From an uncultured Holophagae bacterium (GTDB taxonomy: Bacteria > Acidobacteriota > Thermoanaerobaculia > Thermoanaerobaculales > Sulfomarinibacteraceae): a stretch of DNA of 64,000 nt. A model generated the notes under the pieces. The model worked only from the letters and a program-made list of their open reading frames with translations, was not told the DNA's origin and did no database searches. Positions 19,001-27,689 of this stretch are shown piece by piece. A program made the translations under genes and the position numbers. Each line of letters begins with the position of its first letter. The stretch's first letter is position 1. Location of the stretch: positions 299,399 through 363,398 of the forward strand of contig CAVQOJ010000001.1 of NCBI GenBank assembly GCA_963714385.1. The letters are read 5' to 3'.

Positions 19001-19992
19001 TGCTGGTCCACCTGGCGCCACTGACCGAGGACGGCTTCATCCGTCGCTACCGAAACGACGGGGACGGCGTCTTCGTTGGCGAGGACATCCTCTTCAACCT
19101 CACCGTCGAACACGGCGAGGCGCAGTGGGGAGACTACGACTCGGACGGCGACCTCGACATCCTCGTGGCGGGCCATATCAAGGAGACCGACGGCTCGTAC
19201 AACACGGTCCTCCGCGTCTACCGGAACGACGCCGAGACCTACGTTCCGATCGAGGTGATCACGTGCCCCTCCTGCGAAGGCTGGTGGGATCTGACCGCCG
19301 CAACCTGGGCCGACTACGACTCCGATGGGGACGTCGATATCCTCGTCGCGGGCAACTACAACTCCGGCACGCAGATCGAGGGCCGCGCGAAGGTCTACGA
19401 CAACCAGGACGGCGTGTTCACGGACTCGGGCAACCAGCTGCCTGCGCCGCGGGCGTCCGGTTCGCGAGGAGGCTCGTTCACCTGGCTGGACATCGACGGC
19501 GACGGCGATCTCGACTATTTCATCGCCGGCCAGTACTTCGTGCCGGGTGGAAACGGCCTCGTCGAGGCACAGATGCATGTCTACCGCAACGACGCGGGAG
19601 GTCAGAACCGACCGCCCTCTGCTCCGTCGCTACTGACCGCCCAGGTCGATGAGACCGACGGCTCCGTCCAGCTGTGGTGGGAACCGGCGATCGACGACCT
19701 CACCCCAGCCCACGCGCTGACCTATGACCTCGGCCTTTATCGCGACGGCATCCCGGTATCGAACCCGCAGAGGCTGCCGGAGCCCGGGAGCTTGAGCGGC
19801 GTCAGCCAGTGGACGTTGTCAGGGCTGCCTGACGGCAGCTACACGTGGACGCTGGAGGCGGTGGATAGCGCCTACAACGGCGGGCCTGCAGCCGAGAACA
19901 CCTTCGTAGTGGGCGACCCGATCGTGACCACGGTCTTCACAGATGGATTCGAATCGGGTGATCTGTCGCAGTGGAGCGCGGTCTCGCCGTAG
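16078..19992 (+). CDS. Giant secreted multi-domain protein: BNR/Asp-box beta-propeller repeats + PKD domain + FG-GAP/VCBS repeats + FN3-like domain + GFESGD-W tail
   Basis: Signal peptide VLGLVFLLLAAPAAAQWS. More than 12 S/T-x-D-G-G-x-(T/S)-W repeats. PKD core is WDWDFGDGNTSTEQHPTHVF...TVTDDDG. Seven or more DxDxDGDxD FG-GAP motifs. The C-terminus is ...VFTDGFESGDLSQWSAVSP*. Confidence 0.85.
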   Translation: MNLFCKKPQAARGNRQAAQRLQRVLGLVFLLLAAPAAAQWSTQSPLPTYLDVRGVAAPTAERVFIATDDNSFDDGGALFESADGGASWVQRDVPFSLGSPLNGIFFLDELNGWTWGNANYRTTDGGTTWTELPFLGSTYFMEFYSASFGLASGNFDSYISRDGGLSWDPSPNDIFAFDFADDLTGLGVSATGLYRTSDGGATLTQVHAGDADAVAFLSASVAVGIVDGAFVRSTDGGVTWSAGASADGRSRLVAVSADVVLAWGRAGAYPDYDDRIFRSSDAGQTWTDLGEVMDPGAFAASFAFAVPDSQTVVGSDGAGNMYHSPDAGQTWVQAFASPGLQPSFLGSAAPAFADPLTGYFGYGAGFVIKTVDGGASWTQISSGSGNSITDMDRFADGNLIAVGENGTVLTSTGTTPWTLHAPFTTSHVRAVQVIGPQEVVAVDEAARVYSSADGGATWAAAATTPPNLEAEDLFFTTLLDGWVTGFGFGGAAVFHTTDGGATWTSVPGFSGAYVAVDFAGQNGWAANVSGRYYRSIDGGATWMQGDLPGSPLQIQDMDFFDVSIGYAVGWWGYAVRSDDGGATWQVLPTPNGNDQLTDIYLLGPNELWVSTNAGVAYYSATGGQNWAVLDTGSAGFGNFSAIAATPEGDAWTAGFQGYIEHFAGPPPPPLNRPPEASFGFVTTGLSVALTDTSTDPDGTIVSWDWDFGDGNTSTEQHPTHVFATANTYHVRLTVTDDDGATGGALRFIAVQPGPGGTFGDFTEVTPLDPLFVTPQNEDFWVATTAPADYDGDGDLDIAVLGFYVIYNTSVEERLVLLRNDGPADAQEWEFAYIDVPLGTLTAGASDLAWGDVDGDGDQDLAVGTDGQTVIYRNDAGTLAATDTVLPTYWEENDQADFDLRSITWADYDNDGDIDLLLPSVWDDSTYTYRTALMRNDGANGTGGWNFTEVTAEFAPTGHAQSAWADYDDDLDLDLLLVHLAPLTEDGFIRRYRNDGDGVFVGEDILFNLTVEHGEAQWGDYDSDGDLDILVAGHIKETDGSYNTVLRVYRNDAETYVPIEVITCPSCEGWWDLTAATWADYDSDGDVDILVAGNYNSGTQIEGRAKVYDNQDGVFTDSGNQLPAPRASGSRGGSFTWLDIDGDGDLDYFIAGQYFVPGGNGLVEAQMHVYRNDAGGQNRPPSAPSLLTAQVDETDGSVQLWWEPAIDDLTPAHALTYDLGLYRDGIPVSNPQRLPEPGSLSGVSQWTLSGLPDGSYTWTLEAVDSAYNGGPAAENTFVVGDPIVTTVFTDGFESGDLSQWSAVSP

Positions 19993-20042
19993 AATGAAAG
20001 CCGAGAATCGGCACCCCTGACAACATTCCCGCGACCCTGACC

Positions 20043-20594
20043 TTAGAATTGTTGGATGTCAGGGACTGTCGTCCCGGGAAGGAAATGGGGCGCAACGAGT
20101 TCCGCCTTCTTGTACTCCTCTTGCGTTCCCACGAAGAAACCGCTCTGACGATCGCTCCTGCCGGCCACGCCATCCTCGTCGATCACGTGGCTCAGTTCGT
20201 ACTCGTTCCAGATCCTGCAGTCCGGCCCCAGCTTTGGTATGGCGTCCGGTCCTTCCGGGCCGTAGGAGAAGTACTCCTTTCGTTTGAGGCCGGGATTCCA
20301 GCCGGACTGGGTTTCCAGTATTCCCGAGTCCGGGTAATTGAAGACCAGGACCCCGTTGGCGACCGGCAACTCCGGTTTCTCCGGAATGTCGTACTTCACG
20401 ACGGCCCAACCCTGGAAGCCCTCAGGAACGAAATGCCGCTCCGGCATTCCCTCCTTCAAGCCGTGGGCGACCCTGAACTCGTCCTTGGCAGTGTCCGGGA
20501 CGACGAACCAGACGAAGGCGAGCGCCGTCGCCGCCAACATTATGACGACGGCGACCACCCAACCGAGAATTCGGAGGACTCCGTGCTCCTCCAT
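20043..20594 (-). CDS. Hypothetical membrane-anchored protein (one N-terminal TM)
   Basis: 183 aa. N-terminus MEEHGVLRILGWVVAVVIMLAATALAFVWFVV. It is convergent with the upstream giant gene and has coding-like composition. Confidence 0.55.
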   Translation of the reverse strand: MEEHGVLRILGWVVAVVIMLAATALAFVWFVVPDTAKDEFRVAHGLKEGMPERHFVPEGFQGWAVVKYDIPEKPELPVANGVLVFNYPDSGILETQSGWNPGLKRKEYFSYGPEGPDAIPKLGPDCRIWNEYELSHVIDEDGVAGRSDRQSGFFVGTQEEYKKAELVAPHFLPGTTVPDIQQF

Positions 20595-20727
20595 CGGTCA
20601 CCTCCCATCGCAGATCCCGTTGAGCGCCAGGACCGTTCATGGCTTCCTACGAAACCGACTCGCCGAGGTTGCCGGATGGGCACCCCTGAACACAGCCTCT
20701 CCGCCATTCCTGCTACACTCCCGCCCC

Positions 20728-22041
20728 ATGAGGGGGCTTCTCGGGCTCGGCGCAGCGTTCCTCGCCGCGACCCTCCTGGCGACGGGCTGCGGTGACGGGC
20801 GGTCGCCAAATCCCGGTGACGGCGGGGCGTCCCGGGCTCGAACCAGTGCATCCGGGGGACCCCAAGCTCGTCCCGCGCTGCTGCTCGCCCAGGCCCAGTT
20901 CAAGGAGCAGACGGACCCGAACGGAGAGCGCCGGATCACACCCGGCGCAGCCCGCCTCACCATTGCTCACCAGGGTGACCATGGGTGGACCGTAGAGGTG
21001 CTCGAGGACCCGGAGAGCAACGTCTTTCACCGCGCCCTACCATTCGCCGTTCCCGACGAGCGACCCGGCATCCTGACCATCGGCGCGAACCCCGCGCCGG
21101 CGCCGGCCCTGATGAAGGTCTGGAGCCGCGGCCCCGGTGGATGGCAGGGCACGACCCTGTCCAGCGCGGCCTTCGGGGTCCGCTTCAACAGGTTCCGAGA
21201 CGTCGAAATCGGCGACGTTACCGGCGATGGGGTTCCGGAGCTCGTGGTGGCGACTCACGACCGCGGAGTGGTCGCGGTCCTGCACAGAACCGTCGGCCAG
21301 CAGTGGGCGGTGACGATGATCGACGAAGCCCTCAACACCTTCGTCCACGAGATCGAGCTCGGCGACGTGAACGGGGACGGCGTCGCCGAGATCTTCGCCA
21401 CTCCCAGCGCCCCGAACAGGGTGGACCGCGGCCTTCAGCCGGGCAGGATCGTCATGTACGTCTTCGACGGCAGCGAGTGGGTGTCGTCTTCGGTGGCGGT
21501 GCTCGAGAATCGGCACGCCAAGGAGATCCTGGTGACGGACATCGAGGGAGTCGGCCAGCCGGATGTGATTGCTGCGATCGAATCCCCGGGAGCGGGTTCG
21601 GCACCGGGTAACGACCGGGGGGGGGACGTGACGATCAGGAGGTATCGCCTCACCGGGGGGGCATGGGACTCCGTCGACCTGGCGACCATTCCCAGCGAAT
21701 CCTGCCGTTTCCTCTGCGCCGGGGACGTCGACGGCGACGGGCAGGTCGAGCTCATCGCCTCGTGTCGGCGCTCGGGGGTGTGGCTGCTGCGGCCGGGGCC
21801 GGTGCCGTGGGCCGTCGAGCAGATCGACGCCTCGTCCACCGCGGTGGAGTTGGCCACCACGCTCGCCGACCTGGACCACGACGGTGTCGATGAGATCTAC
21901 GTGGCCGCGGACGACCAGGGCTTTGTGCGCCGACTCGAGTGGAACGGCGGGTCCTTCCAGCTCACCGACCTGGTGGAGATCCGCCGAGGCGACATGAGCT
22001 TCGGCCTCGAGGCGTGCCTCGACCCGAGGTACTTGCGGTAG
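20728..22041 (+). CDS. Lipoprotein with FG-GAP/VCBS repeats
   Basis: MRGLLGLGAAFLAATLLATGCGDG carries an L-A-T-G-C lipobox. Repeats are GDVTGDGVPELVV, GDVNGDGVAEIF, GDVDGDGQVELI and DLDHDGVDEIYV. Confidence 0.7.
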   Translation: MRGLLGLGAAFLAATLLATGCGDGRSPNPGDGGASRARTSASGGPQARPALLLAQAQFKEQTDPNGERRITPGAARLTIAHQGDHGWTVEVLEDPESNVFHRALPFAVPDERPGILTIGANPAPAPALMKVWSRGPGGWQGTTLSSAAFGVRFNRFRDVEIGDVTGDGVPELVVATHDRGVVAVLHRTVGQQWAVTMIDEALNTFVHEIELGDVNGDGVAEIFATPSAPNRVDRGLQPGRIVMYVFDGSEWVSSSVAVLENRHAKEILVTDIEGVGQPDVIAAIESPGAGSAPGNDRGGDVTIRRYRLTGGAWDSVDLATIPSESCRFLCAGDVDGDGQVELIASCRRSGVWLLRPGPVPWAVEQIDASSTAVELATTLADLDHDGVDEIYVAADDQGFVRRLEWNGGSFQLTDLVEIRRGDMSFGLEACLDPRYLR

Positions 22042-22228
22042 GCTGAACCTCCTCGCCGGTCGGGGTGTGCTCATTCTCCCCTACCCGAACCCGCACCTCC
22101 GGGGTGGCCTTGCCCGGGGGCGGACAGGTGGGCGGCAGGTAGCTCGGACCTGAACGCGACGCAGGGCGCCCGCCGAAAAAGGGCCGCCCTGCCGGGCGGC
22201 CCGTGATCACAGGTCAGCGACGCCGGGT

Positions 22229-23017
22229 CTACTCGATGGAGAAGCTCTGTAGCTCCACCGGGACGGCCTCGCCGTCGATGATGAAGGGCAGGCCTTGGGG
22301 GGTCAAGGTGCCGGAGTCGTTCAGATCCCCCCAACTCGTGGTGTACTGCTTGGCGTTGCCGGTCGTGGTCACCCCGAGGATGCTGATCGGAGGCGCCCAC
22401 GGCCCGGAGCTCAGACTCCCGTCGGTCGTCCACTGCACCCAGTAGGTGCCTGGGGCCAGAGTCGTGCCGATGGTGGCGACGTTGGCCATGATCGGCCGGT
22501 TCGTGTCCGTGGGAGTGGCGTTCGAGGCGCGGTAGATGTTCGACCACTGGGTAGAACTCAAGAGGTTGGTGCTCAGGTCACCCCAGACGACCGTCCCACC
22601 AGCATCGGGGGGGCCGTCCCAGATCTGCGCGTAGACACCGGTGATGGTCGAGCTTGTGGGCGACCCGGTCTGGTACGCGAAGAACGTAATGGTGTCGATC
22701 TGCCAGCCGCCGGTTGGAACCTCGAAGTCATCGGCAACCGAGTAGCCCAGGGCAAACTGGTGTCCAGCGCCCAGGGTGTTCATACCCAGGTTCACTTGCA
22801 GCTCGGAAAGGTCCGCGCCACCGGCGCCGCCACCCGGTTGGGTGACGAGCGGCCCGTTGTCGTAGAGCACGACGGGCCACAGCCAGTCCGACAGCGATTC
22901 CGGCGGGTTGAACACGCCGGGCCCTGCGTCCGATGCCAGCTCTTGGCTGTTGTCGGCAACGGCCGGCACCGCGACGAGCACGAATGCGAGCAACATAAGA
23001 AATCCAAAGCGTTTCAT
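22229..23017 (-). CDS. Secreted hypothetical protein ending in ...PVELQSFSIE
   Basis: Start is MKRFGFLMLLAFVLVAVPAVA, with a GGAGA RBS 6 nt upstream on the minus strand. The C-terminal tail resembles the tail of the giant paralogs. Confidence 0.6.
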   Translation of the reverse strand: MKRFGFLMLLAFVLVAVPAVADNSQELASDAGPGVFNPPESLSDWLWPVVLYDNGPLVTQPGGGAGGADLSELQVNLGMNTLGAGHQFALGYSVADDFEVPTGGWQIDTITFFAYQTGSPTSSTITGVYAQIWDGPPDAGGTVVWGDLSTNLLSSTQWSNIYRASNATPTDTNRPIMANVATIGTTLAPGTYWVQWTTDGSLSSGPWAPPISILGVTTTGNAKQYTTSWGDLNDSGTLTPQGLPFIIDGEAVPVELQSFSIE

Positions 23018-23184
23018 GTTCTCTCCATTTCCTTTTTTTGCGGTCTTTTCAGGTGCGGAGTGCATTCATTCGAGCACCGTGATCAACGATCCTGTGAGCC
23101 TGTCCACCCCAGTCCGAAGCGGCACGACGTGACCTTGTCATCAACGTCCAGGTCCACACCTCAAAGCGACACAGGCGCGGTTGG

Positions 23185-23823
23185 TCACACGCCGGGCCTG
23201 GGAGGGGGCACCTCGGGCTGGGCCGACTCCGTCTTCGGCAGCCCCGCCTCGGGTTGGTGGGCGAGCCGTTTCGAAACCAGCGACAGGGGAGACCCGACCT
23301 CATGCAGTGCCTTGAAGTCAGACCCGTCCTGTCCGATTGAGGCAGGAAGGGATCCGACCCCGTCGAGGTCCAGTCTGAGGGTCCCGAGGATCAGCTCGTC
23401 GCCACCCTGGGCGACGTAACGAAGCTGGTAGTACAGCTGCGTCGCACCGTCAGGCCCATCGCTGTACTGATAGTTGCCGATGCCGAGCACGGACTGCTGA
23501 ACGTCGACGAGGCGCAGGTTGTCCTGGCTCTGCCCGACGTAGAGCCGGTAGAACCCTCCCGGCTCGAAGGCTCTCGCCTGCCAGCGAATCGTCCAGCCCC
23601 TCTGACCGAATACGACATTTCGGCGAATCTCCTGGGACAGCTGGGCAGTGGCCGCGGCAGGGCTGGCGACAGCGAAGAGGCTCGACAACACAAGCAGAGG
23701 AAGAGCCCACGCCCGTCTCGGGATCAGCCGCTTTCGCCTCCAGCCGGGGACGTCGCCTCGAGCGACGCCACGCAACACACCAGGGCGTACCGCGCGCAGC
23801 GGGGCCGATTTCTGGCTTCCCAT
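23185..23823 (-). CDS. Secreted hypothetical protein (start uncertain)
   Basis: ORF 23185-23850. The hydrophobic segment WALPLLVLSSLFAVASPAAATAQ suggests a signal peptide. No recognisable domain. Confidence 0.4.
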   Translation of the reverse strand: MGSQKSAPLRAVRPGVLRGVARGDVPGWRRKRLIPRRAWALPLLVLSSLFAVASPAAATAQLSQEIRRNVVFGQRGWTIRWQARAFEPGGFYRLYVGQSQDNLRLVDVQQSVLGIGNYQYSDGPDGATQLYYQLRYVAQGGDELILGTLRLDLDGVGSLPASIGQDGSDFKALHEVGSPLSLVSKRLAHQPEAGLPKTESAQPEVPPPRPGV

Positions 23824-23983
23824 TGCGCTGTCAATACAGCACGATCGCAAGAAGATGTCAATATGGGCACTGCCCTTTCCTCAAAATGGATGCCAGGGTC
23901 GACACACCTTGACTGGCACCGTCAACATCCAAAAAACGCCCCGCTCCGAAGAGCGGGGCGAGGTTGACGATGAGGGACAGGTT

Positions 23984-26425
23984 CTACTCGAACACCGGGA
24001 ACGGCCGCGGCATGAAGGGATCATACGCCGGCGCCATGCACACGCAGTGGGGATCGACTTCCGGGAAAAAGGTCCCGTTGAACCAGAGCTGACCGGAGGG
24101 GCCGAGCGGGAACATGCTCTCGATGCGGACCGGGCCGGTCTGGCCAAATTCCACGATCTGGGCATACGTAGAACGGGCCGAGTACGGAATCGTGTGCATC
24201 TCGGCGAAATTGCTGCCGAGGAGCGGATCGAGGAGCCCGGCGAGGACCTGGTGGCCAAACGTAATTACACCGCGCTCCTGGTTGTACGGACCAAGTCCCA
24301 TGCTCGCGATGACGTTGTCGAGAGCCAGCAAGATGATGCCTTCGCTGGTGGTCGGTTTGCCGGAGGTCAGCTTGTCCTGGAACCAGTCGTAAAAAGTGGG
24401 CAGCGGCGCGTCAACGCCCTGGAGGGCGCGGACCAGAACGTTGAAGAGAATTTCCTTCGACTGTCGGTTCCAGTCAAACCCCGAGCCGGCAAACTCATCC
24501 TCGAAGGTCAACCTCATGACCTCCTTGATCCACGCGTCCTGTAGGACCCAGGCGTCGGCGGCGTCGGGCCCGAAGCGCCAGGCTTGGGGACCACCGGCGA
24601 CGTAGTGACCGTCCCAGGCGTCGAGCATGGCGATGGCCGCATTGCGGTCATCCGTCGGGTCGGCCGCCACCGCCGCCGTGAAGTCGTCGGCCACGAACGC
24701 CCACGTGTTGCCGCCGCCGCTACCGCTCAAAAACGAGTCGGTGGTGGCGATGTCGAGGGCGAGGTCGCGGACCTCCTCAAACGTCAGATCGTCGTGTGTT
24801 GACAGATAATCCTCGATGACCTGTGCGCGGTGGGCGGGCCCATAATAGGTGGAGTTTGGCCCGCTGCCGTAGTCGACCTGCGACTTGTTGTTCCAGCCGC
24901 CGTAGTAGTGCTGGGTCGTGTTCGAGTCGTGGGCGCGCGGACGGCGTTCTCCGGTCCATTCCTGGGTGCCGTCGCCGATCTGCGGGAAGCGCGGGTCGAC
25001 GCCCGGTGCGCGAATCGGATCCCAACCCGACATCCAATAGGCGATGTTGCCGTCGCGGTCGGCGTAGCAGGTGTGCATGCTGACGCCGCCCATCTCGACG
25101 GCGGCGTCGAAGTCCTCGATGCTCTGGGCTTTGGCCAAATCGAGCATCAGCTCCGCCATCCTGAGCTCGTGGTTTCGGTTCGCATAGGCCCAGGAGACGA
25201 CGAACGCGGGCGGATTGTCGGGATTGAACGGCAGGGGGTTGATGACCGGCCCGTGTGAGGTGTGGAACACCGGGACGGTGACGGAATCAGCTCCCGCGAT
25301 GTCGATGGTCTCCCACCGGTCGAGGAAGACAGCCTGCGGCGGGTCGATGAAGAAATCAGCGGTGTGCGCATGACCCACCTGCATGGACCACGCGTGGTGC
25401 GGCGTGCGCCCGATGGCGATGCCGGGAATCCCGGGCACGTGCATGCCGGAGACATCGAGCCCGCCTCCGCGGACCGAGCCCTCGCAAATGACGGCCGGCG
25501 ACGAAAACCCCATCTGCGGTCCCGAGTAGAGCATGGGGTTGCCGGAGGCTGTCTTCTCGCCCGAGATCGCCCAGGCGTAGCTCCCCATCTTGGGCAGAAT
25601 GTCGAGATCGTCCAAACGCTGTCTGTAGGTGTCGACCTGGGACTGGATATCGCCGGTCGCCCCACTCACGTCGGGGTACCGGTCGACGGAGATGGTCGGC
25701 AGTTGCGGCCCGTCGACGGACTCCGCCTCGGTCTCAGAGGGGATCATGGTCAGAGCCGACGGATCGTTGAGCCATCGCACATCAGAGAACATCGCCAAGT
25801 AATCGGACGGGTAGACCGCGGCCCAGGTCTGGAGCAGTTCGAGGTTCCCGAGCTGTCCATTTCTTGAGTTGGGCATCCCCTCGGGATCGAAGTTCCGCTG
25901 AAACATCATCATCCAGCGCAGAACATCGTTCACCTCCCATTCTTCCGGCAGGAAGTTGAAACCCAGACCCTGCATGAAGTAATAGTAGAAGCTGGCGATC
26001 CAGTACTCGTAGGGCATCTGCATCCAATCGCTTTGAATCTCGGTGATGCGCCGGTTGATGCCGTCCACGTAGGCCTGGATCACCGTCTGAGATTCCTCAG
26101 AGAAAGCGTCGAATTGCGCTGCCAGCTCCGCGTCCGAGTAGCCGACGGTGCGGAGGAAGACGTCGGTTGAAAAATAGTCGGCACCGAGAGCCTCAGAAAG
26201 GGTGCCGTTGCCCTGGCGCCGAGTGAAATCCAACTGAAACAGTCGGTCTGTCGCCACCGCATAGCCCATGGCCTCATAGACGTCGTAGAGCGAACCGCCC
26301 TCGATGTACCAGATGCCATGGTCGTCGCGCGTTGTCGAGACCGGCGGATCATCGGCGGCGTGGACGGGGGCCGCCACCGCCACGACCAGAATCAAAAGAC
26401 TGAGCTTCACGACGAATGGACGCAT
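23984..26425 (-). CDS. Penicillin amidase / acyl-homoserine-lactone acylase family (Ntn hydrolase, S45)
   Basis: 813 aa. Signal peptide MRPFVVKLSLLILVVAVAAPVHA. N-terminal alpha-subunit block HGIWYIEGGSLYDVYEAMGYAVATDRLFQLDF. GSYAWAISGEKTASGNPMLYSGPQ contains the putative N-terminal nucleophile Ser of the beta subunit. Confidence 0.85.
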   Translation of the reverse strand: MRPFVVKLSLLILVVAVAAPVHAADDPPVSTTRDDHGIWYIEGGSLYDVYEAMGYAVATDRLFQLDFTRRQGNGTLSEALGADYFSTDVFLRTVGYSDAELAAQFDAFSEESQTVIQAYVDGINRRITEIQSDWMQMPYEYWIASFYYYFMQGLGFNFLPEEWEVNDVLRWMMMFQRNFDPEGMPNSRNGQLGNLELLQTWAAVYPSDYLAMFSDVRWLNDPSALTMIPSETEAESVDGPQLPTISVDRYPDVSGATGDIQSQVDTYRQRLDDLDILPKMGSYAWAISGEKTASGNPMLYSGPQMGFSSPAVICEGSVRGGGLDVSGMHVPGIPGIAIGRTPHHAWSMQVGHAHTADFFIDPPQAVFLDRWETIDIAGADSVTVPVFHTSHGPVINPLPFNPDNPPAFVVSWAYANRNHELRMAELMLDLAKAQSIEDFDAAVEMGGVSMHTCYADRDGNIAYWMSGWDPIRAPGVDPRFPQIGDGTQEWTGERRPRAHDSNTTQHYYGGWNNKSQVDYGSGPNSTYYGPAHRAQVIEDYLSTHDDLTFEEVRDLALDIATTDSFLSGSGGGNTWAFVADDFTAAVAADPTDDRNAAIAMLDAWDGHYVAGGPQAWRFGPDAADAWVLQDAWIKEVMRLTFEDEFAGSGFDWNRQSKEILFNVLVRALQGVDAPLPTFYDWFQDKLTSGKPTTSEGIILLALDNVIASMGLGPYNQERGVITFGHQVLAGLLDPLLGSNFAEMHTIPYSARSTYAQIVEFGQTGPVRIESMFPLGPSGQLWFNGTFFPEVDPHCVCMAPAYDPFMPRPFPVFE

Positions 26426-26714
26426 GATTCACCCCCTTGAGTGTCGGCGAAGTCTCGGCCGATGACTCTGCGAAGTAGAGCGACGGCTCCGGCTTCATCT
26501 GAGTTCATTCCGGGCTCTACTATAACGCCGCTGACACCCCATGTACACTCCATCGTCACAACTAAAAAGCTTCCCCTGATACCAACGTCCCAATTGCGGT
26601 GTCAAAAGTGGATGCCACGTGCGGCATTGATGCATCGACGGCCGGCGACGACGGAATGAGGTCCGAAAGGGTGCCTGGGCCGACACAATTGGACCAATCG
26701 AACCCCACGGTCCT

Positions 26715-27686
26715 CTACTGATCTGAAACTGTCACAACTGTCGGCCCGAGCCCGTGTTCTTGCGACCCTTCGGGTTCATGCGGTGAGTCGGCCACCGGTT
26801 TCCGGCGGCGTGCCCGGCACCACCGCGGCTCCTCGATTTCCCTGAAGGCCGTCACCTCGGCGCCCCAGAATCCGAGCTTGAAGAAGGCTCGGATTGCCAT
26901 GACCGCCTGCTGGGCGACGAACAAGGTGGCGATGCCGGCCGCCGTCGAGACGGTCCACGGTGACCGGAGAGCGTAATAGACCACGTTGACCGACAGTGGC
27001 AGCAGCAGGAAGACCAGAAACAACGGTACGAAGAGGCCCGGTCGCCGGATCACGGCCCACCAGGCACGGAAGAGCCCGCGGACCATGGAGCGGTCGTCAT
27101 GCCAAACGGCGGAGATCCGCGACAGATCGGCGGCCAGGTCGAGGGGCGCCCACAGGATGAAGAAAAGCACGCCGGCTGTGACGATGCCGACAAGGTCGAT
27201 TCGTCCATCCGCCTGCACCTCGGCGAGCTTGAACGCGCCCTTCATCAGCCATCGACACCCGACCGCAACGACCACCGTCAGCACCGCCAACACGCCCGAC
27301 GTGCGAAGAAAGCGCAAGAAGTTCTGCCGGACGCCGAGCACGAAGGGGTTGCCGGCGCGCCGCTCGAGCAGCGTCTCCACAACCCCCGCGGAAATCACCA
27401 CCTGAACCAACAGGCTCAGCACGAACATGATCGTGACACCCCGGGGCATGATGAGATCGAGCGAGTCCCGAGGCGACGACCGGAACTCCATCAACACCAC
27501 GAACCAGTCGCCGTGAAGGGCACGGTCGGCGAACAGCGACCTCCCGAACTCAGGCGCGAGGTTGGACGCCGCCATACCCCCCAGGACGAGGGCCGGGACG
27601 AGGGGCGCCAACCAGAGCACGAGGAGCAGCCGCTTGTGCCGGCCTGCGATCCGGAAACCCTCACGAACAGTCTGGAAGGCTCGCAT
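26715..27686 (-). CDS. Polytopic membrane protein, hypothetical
   Basis: 323 aa with at least 6 hydrophobic segments. Its start is 4 nt downstream of the M1 peptidase stop, so it is probably co-transcribed. Confidence 0.55.
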   Translation of the reverse strand: MRAFQTVREGFRIAGRHKRLLLVLWLAPLVPALVLGGMAASNLAPEFGRSLFADRALHGDWFVVLMEFRSSPRDSLDLIMPRGVTIMFVLSLLVQVVISAGVVETLLERRAGNPFVLGVRQNFLRFLRTSGVLAVLTVVVAVGCRWLMKGAFKLAEVQADGRIDLVGIVTAGVLFFILWAPLDLAADLSRISAVWHDDRSMVRGLFRAWWAVIRRPGLFVPLFLVFLLLPLSVNVVYYALRSPWTVSTAAGIATLFVAQQAVMAIRAFFKLGFWGAEVTAFREIEEPRWCRARRRKPVADSPHEPEGSQEHGLGPTVVTVSDQ

Positions 27687-27689
27687 TTC

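Noticed and set aside
21037-22074. 345-aa minus-strand ORF
   Set aside because: Antisense to the FG-GAP lipoprotein gene.
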